Shown here: positions 1 through 9,744 of the stretch, in pieces | Position numbering within the stretch: the first letter of the stretch is position 1 | Layout: the number at the start of each line of letters is the position of its first letter | Assembly (NCBI GenBank): GCA_965206695.1 | Contig: CBDBKM010000013.1 | Span: 167,961 to 231,960 of the forward strand | Origin: Chlamydiales bacterium | GTDB lineage: Bacteria; Chlamydiota; Chlamydiia; Chlamydiales; JAAZZY01 | DNA: 64,000 nt | Direction of reading: 5' to 3' | Notes under the pieces: model-generated | Told to the model about the DNA's origin: nothing | Seen by the model: only the letters and a program-made list of their open reading frames with translations | Database searches by the model: none | Translations under genes and position numbers: made by a program

Positions 1-1288
1 ACGATTTAACATGTTTCTTATCTAATGATAAAGCGGAATGAAGTTTTTCAATCGCATGTAGAAAATAATCAACATCTTCAAAATATTTCCCTTGTGCGTA
101 TAAAGATAGTCCATAACGATACCATACATCTACATGATCAGGAACACGATCCAAGGCCTTTAAAGCTTTCTTCTCTGCTTGTCTTAAGAGATCAAGTCTA
201 TTGGTATTCATACCCAAAAAAGCTAAAGCCTCTGACCAAAGACTTAAAATAATCGGGTGTCCGGGGGATGCCACATACGCCTTAGCAAACTTCATAGCAC
301 TCATTTGTAAATGTTTTGGCTCATTTTTCCGTTTTCCTGATAACAGAAAAAGTTGCCCCCAATTTTGCCAAGTTAAACAATGAGAGGAATGTTTGCATTC
401 TACAGCTTTAGCATAAGCCTCATGAGATTGAGCTAAGTGAGACTCTTCATTAGTTGCTTTATAAATATGATGAAAGGTCTGAGCCAATACAAACCATCCG
501 TCAAAATAAGAGGAATCTTGATGTACCGATTTATTATAGAAAATAAGCGCTCGTTGTAAAAAGCGACTATCCTGAATCAGAATACCCATTTCTACCCAAG
601 CATTACCATAATCTCTCCAAAATGAGGGTTCTTGACAACCCACCCGTGCAGCTTTATCAAATTTTTCCAGGGACACTTTTATATCGACTGCTTCACCTGA
701 GTGTTTGCCCAGGAAGTACCAAGTCAACGCCCAATCCCATTGAAATTTTGATAAAGCATAAGGATCATCACCACACAGTCGATAGGCCTTGCCGTATTTT
801 TTATCTGCTTCAAAAAAATATTTAGGATCATGTTTGGCTAGACCTATATGAGTAAGAATATCGCCCCATATATACCAAGCTTCAAAAAATGAAGACTCAA
901 CATTAATAGCCTGGCTGATATGCTTTTCGGCAATTTCTAAATATTTGATTTTCCCGTGTTGCAATGAATAATCAAACCAAAAAACCGCTTGATGAAAGAG
1001 TAGCTTAGCGCTTAAAGGAGCAATACGTTTCGCTAAATCAAAAACAGCATAGGCACTACTATTGCCTTTTAGGATTCTTTTTTTTCCTTGGTGGAAAAAA
1101 GTTTGAGCTAAGACTTCACGTTCGCTCGCCTTCATTTTGTCCCAAAAGGGGTGCAAAAGAGTTTCTGAACGATTAATTTGAAGCCTATCCAGTAAACTAT
1201 TTGCTATGACACGGTAGTTCTTTAGCTTGTCCATATTCCCGGAAACTATAAGCACCCTTAACGTTTTTATACAAATATTTTCATGCAT
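1..1288 (-). CDS. TPR-repeat protein, runs off the window start; alternative ATG at 1234
   Basis: Manually translated open minus frame (MHENICIK..MDKLKNYRV..) with helical W/Y/A-patterned TPR-like repeats; absent from the ORF track because it has no stop in the window. Confidence 0.75.
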   Translation of the reverse strand, partial: MHENICIKTLRVLIVSGNMDKLKNYRVIANSLLDRLQINRSETLLHPFWDKMKASEREVLAQTFFHQGKKRILKGNSSAYAVFDLAKRIAPLSAKLLFHQAVFWFDYSLQHGKIKYLEIAEKHISQAINVESSFFEAWYIWGDILTHIGLAKHDPKYFFEADKKYGKAYRLCGDDPYALSKFQWDWALTWYFLGKHSGEAVDIKVSLEKFDKAARVGCQEPSFWRDYGNAWVEMGILIQDSRFLQRALIFYNKSVHQDSSYFDGWFVLAQTFHHIYKATNEESHLAQSHEAYAKAVECKHSSHCLTWQNWGQLFLLSGKRKNEPKHLQMSAMKFAKAYVASPGHPIILSLWSEALAFLGMNTNRLDLLRQAEKKALKALDRVPDHVDVWYRYGLSLYAQGKYFEDVDYFLHAIEKLHSALSLDKKHVKS

Positions 1289-1429
1289 TTATTTTGCCTA
1301 AATAAAACGGCTCTTTATATGCAGATATTTAGGAAAATAGTTTGTTACTTTATTTTTAGCAAAACAAAAGAAGGATAAGATATTTTTATTCGATACCCTT
1401 CTCTATATGGTGTAACTGTTAATCTATAT

Positions 1430-2731
1430 TTATGCTGACACTGCTGAAAGAGGCGTTATATCCGTCTCTACTACTACAGTAGGATCAATCGGTTCTTCTG
1501 CTCCATTAAAGTGCCTTATCATCATATCATTATAAACCCTTTCTTCTTCCGTTAGCAGTGCATGGAATTCGCTTAACGATTCTTGAAGGTTATGAAAGGG
1601 GCTTAAAGAAAATGGTACACTCTGTTGAATATAGTGAGAAAGCAAGGAATGATACACTTCTCCCGCATAGGAATTTCCAATTATCACTCCTAACTGAGGT
1701 CTTGTAGGATCAAGTAGAAGATGTTTATAATAAACTATTTTTCTTATCAAGCCTATCACTTCATGTCTCAACTTTTTATCAGCTCCGGCAATATTCCCCT
1801 GTTTGGTTAGTTCTCTTATCTCTTCAAGGGATTTATACATAGTCTCTTCAAGCATCCTTAATCGCGCTAAAATAGGCATCAAAGCACGTGAAGGATTTGT
1901 AGGATTTAATTCTTTTAAAGGTTCTAAGTCGACATGGGCTCTAAACTCTTCAACACTAAGTTCTGCAGCTTCTGCTAGTGTAGCTTCGTAGTTAGGTTGA
2001 TCCATTCTAGACAGCTCAGTTACTTTTCGATCAAAAGAAATCTCTTCAGGAAGCTCCATGACCTCATTATACAAACGGCTAACCGCATTCATCATAAACA
2101 TTTGAGGAATTACACTACTTATGAACCGTAAAGGAGTTCCAAGCATAGTATCAAAAAAACCAATCCCTGTTTTAGCGGTGCCACACCATCCTTCATCAAG
2201 AGGAGGTTGTGGTCCGGGAATGAATGCATAACCCCCGGCTTTATTGGGATAGGCATACCCGGATGACATACCGGAGCTATCTAGATTAATTCGAATTGCA
2301 CCGCGTTGTTGATCAGCTTTATGCCAAGTGTCTGAACAACCGGTAGCCAGTCCCATAAGCAGCATAAAGCCACGACCCACAAGACTGATTGTTTCACCTG
2401 TCAGCCAACCAATAACTTGACCTGCTGCGATAGACCCGATTGCTAATGCTCCTGCCTTTAGAATTTTCATTTCTAAAGCGGATAGTTCTTTGATATCAGG
2501 ATTAAGCTGCTTTATAACACGATTTTTCAATGGTATCGGCTCGGTAGGTGTTGTCGTATTTTCTGTAGCATTTATATTTTCATAATGTGATACAGGGGTA
2601 AAAGGACGTATTTCAGCTTCATTGGACGGTTTCTTACTTTCCTTAAGGTTAAAAACAGGATTATAGAAAGTATAATGAGATGAGATTTCTGCCATTTTAG
2701 GCCTCCTAAAAATAAAATAATGAATTAACAA
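1430..2731 (-). CDS. Hypothetical membrane-associated protein, candidate secreted effector; paralog of 2909-4447
   Basis: 433-aa ORF, polar N-terminus, hydrophobic segments, motifs shared with its neighbour; probable start at MAEISS (ATG 2695, after an AGGAGG SD). Confidence 0.7.
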   Translation of the reverse strand: MLIHYFIFRRPKMAEISSHYTFYNPVFNLKESKKPSNEAEIRPFTPVSHYENINATENTTTPTEPIPLKNRVIKQLNPDIKELSALEMKILKAGALAIGSIAAGQVIGWLTGETISLVGRGFMLLMGLATGCSDTWHKADQQRGAIRINLDSSGMSSGYAYPNKAGGYAFIPGPQPPLDEGWCGTAKTGIGFFDTMLGTPLRFISSVIPQMFMMNAVSRLYNEVMELPEEISFDRKVTELSRMDQPNYEATLAEAAELSVEEFRAHVDLEPLKELNPTNPSRALMPILARLRMLEETMYKSLEEIRELTKQGNIAGADKKLRHEVIGLIRKIVYYKHLLLDPTRPQLGVIIGNSYAGEVYHSLLSHYIQQSVPFSLSPFHNLQESLSEFHALLTEEERVYNDMMIRHFNGAEEPIDPTVVVETDITPLSAVSA

Positions 2732-2908
2732 ATTTTTAATAACAACTTAAAAAATAAAAACACTTTACAATTTACTAAGAAAAAGTAAGTTTATATTACA
2801 GAAGTGATTAATAAAAGGAAACCAAAAACCTATTAATTAAAGTAAGTCTTCAATAGAACGGAAAATTTTAAAATTATTGATATTATTAAATTAAGATAAG
2901 AGAAGATT

Positions 2909-4447
2909 CTATCCGTTTAACTGCTGCTTAGCTAATAGCTCTATATAATGTGATTCTTCGAATGCAAAAATTCCTTGGACGAGGTAATTAAATCTATCTT
3001 CATATTGATCCGGATCTTCAATTTGGCCTGAAGAACCTTTTAAAGGATCCGGAGTAATAGTTTGAGGCGAGAGGGTATCCGATTTCAATTGCTGTTGAAA
3101 TATCAACGTTAAGAGTTGATCCAGCGAAATTTTTTCAGGAAACAAACTACTTAGGTACGATTTTCCTTTAAAATCAAATACTCCCATTTTTGGATGACTA
3201 GGATTAATTAATCTTCGTTTTAAATGCACTAAATCGGCTAATGGAGCCTTTATCTCTTCAAGAGATGTGTTATATTCCACAAATAATGTTAGATAGCTAA
3301 GAGATTCCTTATCTGCAATAGCTGTCATTTTGCTCTTTAACACATTCGCTTTTGCTTTTACTTCATTCACTTTATCTTCTACATATAAAATTCTTGCAAC
3401 AATAGGTTTTAAAGCAGCTAGAGGTTTTGCTGCAAATTGCGGAAAATCAGTTTTAATCTTTTCTAAAAAGGGAAGAAATTCTTCTAATTGATTGTCTTCA
3501 ACACCTCGAATCCTGCATAATTGCTCTCTATATTTAGCGTCATCCTTAATTAAAACTAACTTTTCTTTTATTTTGTTAGCCGGATATTCATCATCATCAA
3601 TAGATTTGCCATAACCAACTAATCCCGCGATACTCGTAGCAGCAGAAGAAATATTTTGACCCATTGCTGTTGCAATAAGACTTGGATTGCTTAGCACTCT
3701 TGTCAGATGTGGCAGGATATAAGAAACACATCCAAAAGGGCCTGCAAGCCCGGCTCCTGCCAACCATAGAGGAATAAGTAAAGCTTGAACTGAAATTTCT
3801 CCGCCTATTAAATGTGCAAAGGTTGAAAGCTGTAGAGCCGAACTATAATTAGTTAAACCATTAAGGATACCACCCTTCATCAACCAATTTTTAGTTGATG
3901 CACACTTAGCTGCAGCATTAATACGATCAGGTTCCGGGTATAGTGTATTAAATCGATCTTTAGGAGTTGTTTTTTGTATTTTTAAATTTTCGATAAATTG
4001 TAGTGTTGGAGTTTCATATATTTGTCGTACTTGCTCATAATTTAAATGATCTGTACAACCCGTGTACTTATCGATCCAATTACCGGCATGACTATAAAGA
4101 AATCCATTGTAATAACCCATTATACCGGCAGCGCTTAAGGCTAGTAGAGCATAAGGCAAGGCTTTCATTCCTTTCTGCCACAATGTAGTAGTTTCTTTTT
4201 GAAAAAGTTTTTGGGGCTTTAAGGGGAGGTGCTGATAAAGCACTGATGTCTCTTTTATTTGTTTAAGAGCGGCAGCGCTTTCTACTCTTCTTTCCTTTAC
4301 AGAAGGGGTTAAAGAAGAATCAGGACCGGGATTAACAGCTTGATGATTTGCATATTTAGCTTTTATACTTGCTAAAGTGCTACTTTGTCTCTGTTCTTGA
4401 AGATTTCTTTCTTCAGGTGTTTGCAAAACGGGTAATACAGGCAACAT
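2909..4447 (-). CDS. Hypothetical membrane-associated protein, candidate secreted effector; paralog of 1430-2731
   Basis: 512-aa ORF, Q/S/P-rich N-terminus, hydrophobic segments, shared motifs. Confidence 0.7.
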   Translation of the reverse strand: MLPVLPVLQTPEERNLQEQRQSSTLASIKAKYANHQAVNPGPDSSLTPSVKERRVESAAALKQIKETSVLYQHLPLKPQKLFQKETTTLWQKGMKALPYALLALSAAGIMGYYNGFLYSHAGNWIDKYTGCTDHLNYEQVRQIYETPTLQFIENLKIQKTTPKDRFNTLYPEPDRINAAAKCASTKNWLMKGGILNGLTNYSSALQLSTFAHLIGGEISVQALLIPLWLAGAGLAGPFGCVSYILPHLTRVLSNPSLIATAMGQNISSAATSIAGLVGYGKSIDDDEYPANKIKEKLVLIKDDAKYREQLCRIRGVEDNQLEEFLPFLEKIKTDFPQFAAKPLAALKPIVARILYVEDKVNEVKAKANVLKSKMTAIADKESLSYLTLFVEYNTSLEEIKAPLADLVHLKRRLINPSHPKMGVFDFKGKSYLSSLFPEKISLDQLLTLIFQQQLKSDTLSPQTITPDPLKGSSGQIEDPDQYEDRFNYLVQGIFAFEESHYIELLAKQQLNG

Positions 4448-4678
4448 TTTTTAAATTAGTTTTATATGTTTAATGTTTCTTTTATAACTTAATCATTAAA
4501 TTAATTATAAATAATAGCTGATTAAAACAAAAGTTATTTTATTAAGCAAAAATAAAATAAAAACATTTTTAATGCGCTGTTCTAATGATAAAAAAAACTT
4601 AAAAACTGTTTTATATTGCAATAAATTCATTTTTTCAGTTATAATTTTGCCTTAATATGAATTATTAAACGGAATGTC

Positions 4679-5846
4679 CTTAGTACAGGACATTTTTCAA
4701 GACACCTCTATTTTATGATTAATAATCAGCAAGTTAAGGTAATTAACACACTCCTCAAGTTTCTCTCTAACTCTTAAAAATATTGCTCGCAGCTCATCAA
4801 ATCCATACCTAAAAATACTCTTTGCCTTACGACCATGAGATTTTATTTTGATCGGAGTATTTTTTTCCTTAGCCTCTCCTACGCGATGACTCCGGCAAAA
4901 TGCTATTGCAAAAACGAAAACAAGTTTTTCTATTCCGGAAATATGTATGAGGTGTGTGTCTTCAAAGCAAAACCCCCTTTTCTTCAAACATCCAAAGAAT
5001 GTCTCAATCTCCCACCTTTTACGATAGACCTTGAAGGGGTTGTAAAAATTCCGATTGGAGATAATTGTAACAAGCTCATCTTTCTTGTAAGACCATCTTG
5101 TGCTTAGATAAATACTTCTTCCCCCACAAGACAGTTTTTGCATTTTTAAGTGTCTTGCCAAGGGGTAATCTTTTAAAAAAGATATTTATTGGCAACACTC
5201 CCTCCGGTAAACTGTTGTTACGAACACGAAAAAGAAAGGGAATTTCTTGCTCATCTAGCCACTGAATCCACTCTGATCCAACAAACTCTCTATCTCCAAG
5301 GAGAGAGTCAATGTTTCCGGCTCCAATAAGAAGGAGAATACGTTTTATCAACTCGATTCGTTCTAAAGTATTGGAATTTCCTCTTTTTTGTAGAAGACTC
5401 CACATCAAAGGAAGAGCAATTCCCTTATAGGCTACTGTAAGCATAAGAATGTTAATGTCTATTTTCCCAAACTTCCGGTTCGTTCGATCAAGAGCCAATT
5501 TCAGTTTTTTATTTTTTAGATCAAAAAGGGTGATTACCATAGAAGCAAGGGCAAAAGGATCAAATTTTAGAAATCTAAAGAATCTCTGAATGCGTTTGTA
5601 GCATAACTTCGGAAGAGACTGCGTGATAAAAGAGGTTGCAAGATGTGCGAAATTCACAGTCTTAACAGTGATCATTGCTATCACAAGCTGAGCAAGGCAA
5701 TCAGCACGAGCCTTGTGAAAATTGAAGTATCGGTTTAAGATCCCGGATAACTCATTGATATGCATGTTAAAATCTCATTTTTTTCAAAAAAGATTACTGC
5801 ATATCAGCGAGTTACTTCAATCTCATTTTTTTTGTCCTGTACTAAG
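4679..5846 (-). mobile_element. IS4-family insertion sequence with a frameshifted transposase (ORFs 5076-5765 and 4697-5161)
   Basis: 14-bp terminal IR CTTAGTACAGGACA / TGTCCTGTACTAAG; motifs LDRTN.KFG, GDREF, YRKRWEIETFF..LK. Confidence 0.9.
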
Positions 5847-6285
5847 CGGTTCGATTGAACGGTTATCCTTTCTATAACATTTACCGTTCTAATGCGTATC
5901 CAATGCTCTTTCGGAAAAATCGAAAAAATATTCATCCTTCTATAAAATTGCCCTTTAACCAACCACAAAATTGCGATGCTTTATCTTGAAAACAATCTAT
6001 CATCTTATTTAAGACCTCTGCATAACTTATTGATTTAGTCGTCGATTTATCAAAAATATATTTATAATGTCTTTAACTTACATCTGAAGGTTCGATTATG
6101 ATTAAAAATGTAAGTTATGCAGAGGTCTTTATTTAAACGTGCAGTAGCTTCTTCTTCCTTACTAATGGATTGATATATTTCTCGTACTCCTTGGTAGATT
6201 TCCTTGCGCATAGAAGCATTTTGGGTTAAATGAAATAAACAACGCTGCCATTTTACTAATGGAAGTACTATCCTTAAAGCAGCTT
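5847..6285 (-). pseudogene. IS256-family transposase remnant, interrupted by a MITE and cut by the IS4 element
   Basis: Minus-strand translation gives KWQRCLFHL and EHWIRIRTVNVIER; contains a stop and a frameshift. Confidence 0.75.
6012..6128. mobile_element. 117-bp MITE
   Basis: 18-bp perfect TIR AGACCTCTGCATAACTTA; 7-bp target duplication TTATTTA (6005-6011, 6129-6135); removal restores the IS256 frame. Confidence 0.85.
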
Positions 6286-6420
6286 ATCAAGAACTGAGGA
6301 AGGTGCTTCATCCCGATAGAGTTGCCGATGACGGAATTTATGACCGGCTAGCCGGAGGGGGCCGAATACAAAGTAAATAGTGACATTGCTACAGCAGCCC
6401 ATCAAGTATTTAAACATTAT
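6280..6420 (+). pseudogene. Fragment paralogous to the J-domain-like 3' end of gene 8640-9491
   Basis: Nucleotide similarity to ~9310-9470, including AAGGTGCTTCATCCCGATA (KVLHPD). Confidence 0.75.
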
Positions 6421-6424
6421 TTAT

Positions 6425-8340
6425 ACCCAAGTTCGATGTAACTAAATATTTAATTTAGAGAATCCATAGGCCAAAACAAAACCTATAACTTTAATCATAA
6501 AACCTCTAGATGTAACGGCTTTGATAGCTCTTGGCATAAGCTGAGTGATTAAGCTAATAGAGGTTTCTATAGATTTTCCGACTCTCTTAAGGATTCCATA
6601 ATCCTGAAATAATAGCCTTTCCTTAGAGTTGTTTCTTTTTTCTGTAATGAGTTCAATCTGATCTTGTTCCAATTCCGCTTTATATGAATGACTTAAATAA
6701 GCAGCATCTCCCGCTAATTGAGAGTTTTTAGGGAGAGAATTGAGAGAACTTTTCCTTAAAATTTTTAAATCGTGCCAAGAGGCGGGAGCCGGATTTAAAG
6801 ATACGGGCCTACCATACTCACAAGTGATTAATGATGCTTTATAACCATAAAAATATTCCTTTTTGCTTGCATTGAAGCCATGATATTCTTTTCCTTTAAT
6901 TAGCTTAGAACGACATATACGAACGTTTTTGCAGACTTGAACAGGAAATGAATCCACGATAAAACATTGATGCGATTTAAGAGGCGCGTAACGCCTCATA
7001 AATCGCATAAAACGTTCCCAAACGGATAAAGGTATTTGATGGATTCTTTCGTTCAATCGGTTAATACTAAGCATATCAGGCATATAACCATGTTCCAACA
7101 GGAAGCTTCCGGCTTGAGTAGTATTGCCTCCAAAAAACCGAGTAGCAACAATTAAAGAAGTCATGACTTCTGAGTCTTTCATTTTTTTATTGTGCCATGC
7201 TATATAGTATTTTAATTTTTATTTGATAATATGTTATCCTTTTTTTTTTATACAAACAGTAAGGACAAAACAATGCCTAGAGCCTATTCAGTAGATCTTC
7301 GAGAGAAAGTATTACAACATATAGAAAAACATCATGATAAAAAAACAGCCGGCCATATTTTTCAAGTAGGTATCGCAACAATATATCGATGGATCTTGCA
7401 AAAAAAGCAAAAAGGACATTTAAAGCCAATCCGCAGAAAATATGCTTATAAGAAATTAGATGATGAGTTGTTATCTAAATATGTAGAAAAACATCCGGAT
7501 TATTTTTTATCGGAAATTGCTGATTATTTTTCAGTCACTCCGCAAACGATTTTTTATGCCCTTAAAAGATTAAAAATTACACGAAAAAAAAAACTACTCG
7601 CTATAAGGAAAGAGATGAAAAGAAACGGGAAGCTTTTATGAAAGATTTAAAAAATATTCCCTTTGACAAGAGAATTTATCTCGATGAAACCGGGATTCAT
7701 CAATTTTTATTTCGTGAGTCCGGAAGAAGCTTACGCGGCAAAAAAGTTTTTGGAGCGGTTTCAGGAAACCGCTTTATAAGGCAAAATATTATTTCAGCCC
7801 TATCTAAAGGGCAGTTTTTATCTCCAATGTGTTTTGAAGGTACTTGTAATACCGGGTTATTCAATATTTGGCTTAAGGAAGTTTTGACTCCTCAGCTTAC
7901 ACCCGGTAGTGTTCTTATTCTTGACAATGCCGGTTTTCACAAGTCAGCGGAAAGCAGGAAAATAGTAGAATCTGCCGGTTGTAAGCTTATGTTTCTTCCT
8001 CCATATTCTCCGGACTTAAATCCTATAGAAAAATATTGGGCTAATATGAAAAATAAAGTTAAAGAGATATTACGAAAAGTTACGAATTTTAAATTCGCCA
8101 TTGATCAAGCAATCTTATCAATGTAAAATTAAATGACTATAGTGTTTAATTCGTTTAAATAGTCATCACAAATACAATAGATGGCGCATATTTCAAGCTT
8201 CATGGCTTCCTCCTTTCAGTTTACCTGTTTCGTGAAAAACAACTATTCTGAAGGAAGAAGCCTTTTTCTTTTATATCTTTTTCAAATAGTTAATTGAATA
8301 TCGCAAGTGTTATTATGAGTTAGTTACATCGAACTTGTGT
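6425..8340 (-). mobile_element. IS982-family element; transposase (true start 8203, stop 6442) interrupted by IS630 type A
   Basis: IR ACCCAAGTTCGATGTAACTAA / TTAGTTACATCGAACTTGTGT; motifs IVDSFPV, YFYGYK, GDAAY, IETS; removing the IS630 joins MKLEICAIYCICDDYLNELNTI to AWHNKKMKDSEV in frame. Confidence 0.9.
7205..8139 (+). mobile_element. IS630-family element type A (orfA ~7273-7641, orfB 7638-8126), apparently intact
   Basis: TA duplication, imperfect IR TAGTATTTTAATTTT / AAAATTAAATGACTA, motifs YLDETG, LDNA.FH, PPYSPDLNPIE; A10 tract at 7584-7593. Confidence 0.92.
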
Positions 8341-8639
8341 GAGAAAATTATTTTTAATGCGCCACTATAATAAAAAAACAAGAAGTTTTATACTTGTAAT
8401 AAATCCACTTTTTTAGTTATCCTGTTTTTAATATATAAGTTAAATTTAACAAGATTGCATAATGTCAAAAAAAGTTTATAAACAAACCCGATATCGGAAT
8501 TCGGGTAATACTCTTGCTATACATCTATTTTTGCTTCTACAGACTTCAGTGATCGAGCACATCATTTATTAACCCAACCGGGAAAGAAGAAAAATCAGCT
8601 TATCAAGCATTTAAATATTTTATTATCATGGAGTAAAGG

Positions 8640-9491
8640 ATGTCATATAGTTACCATACTGATTCAACACCAAAAACAACCTACTTAAATCTAAATTTAG
8701 GATGGAGTGTCCTAGGCATAGGGATTTTCGGCTACCAGGCTATAAAAAATGCAACTCAAACACTTTTTGGAAGTGATACCCTTAATACACGTTATACTTA
8801 TTTACAAAAAGCCTGGCAAGGTGATGATAATACCGTTTCCGAGCGCTACGATAATCTTGCTAAAATGATATTCGGTTCTTCAGGATTTACTGAACGAAAA
8901 GATAGCTTGTTAAGAGCATCAGTTGCCGGGACTGTCACTTTGCTTTTAGGCTATGACCTCTATTCTACTATCATCAATGCCCGTGCAGATGAATCTACTC
9001 TAACTGATAAGAAAAACGGTATATGCGAATATGACCCTAAATCCCATGCAGTACCGACATTTGAAAAAGGTACTCCCCGGTGGATTTTAGAGTCTCAGAG
9101 AATTTTAGATTTAGTAGGGTCGGGAGTGGATAAAAATACCTCTAAGATTCACTATGCAGATATAGATATTGGTTTTGACTCTGTTACTTGCGCTCAATCT
9201 ACTTATTTGATACGGGTTGCGCCGAAAGTAGCTTGTCCGCGTGGTTACCAACTCGTAAAAGACATTCTCGATCTATCATCTGTTACCCCGACTACAGCAG
9301 AAGGAAAAACAGCTTATAACAAACTGGCGAAGGTGCTTCATCCCGATAAAGTTTCCAATGACGTAACTAATGACTGGCTAACAAAAATGAAAGCCGGAGG
9401 CGAGTACAAAGTAAATCGTGAAATTACTACAGAAGCCTTTCAAATTGTTACAGCAGCCCGTAAAGCCTTGCAAGTTTTTAATGCCTGTTAA
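8640..9491 (+). CDS. Membrane-anchored protein with a C-terminal J-domain-like (HPD) region
   Basis: 283-aa ORF, two hydrophobic stretches, AYNKLAKVLHPDKV...AFQIVTAA; purine-rich SD-like GGAG/AAGGA upstream. Confidence 0.65.
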   Translation: MSYSYHTDSTPKTTYLNLNLGWSVLGIGIFGYQAIKNATQTLFGSDTLNTRYTYLQKAWQGDDNTVSERYDNLAKMIFGSSGFTERKDSLLRASVAGTVTLLLGYDLYSTIINARADESTLTDKKNGICEYDPKSHAVPTFEKGTPRWILESQRILDLVGSGVDKNTSKIHYADIDIGFDSVTCAQSTYLIRVAPKVACPRGYQLVKDILDLSSVTPTTAEGKTAYNKLAKVLHPDKVSNDVTNDWLTKMKAGGEYKVNREITTEAFQIVTAARKALQVFNAC

Positions 9492-9744
9492 TCCAAGGAA
9501 TTCATTTTACGCAAAATCAAGTAGCATGTCATTTTTCCGGTTCATAAAAGGTTACCCGGTTTGCCTTGATTAACAATTTATATTTAAGAGTAAGATAATT
9601 TAAGCGGGTCTTAATGTTGAACAATTCCGGCTTGCAATAAGCAACAAGTAGACGCTGTCATCCCAATGCTAAAGCAAAGGGTTTTCTCGCTTGATTGTCA
9701 TAACCCTAACCCCAATGAAGTATCGCGTATTAAGTCATTGCTTT

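Noticed and set aside
25..825. Three short plus-strand ORFs
   Set aside because: Antisense shadows of the long minus-strand TPR gene
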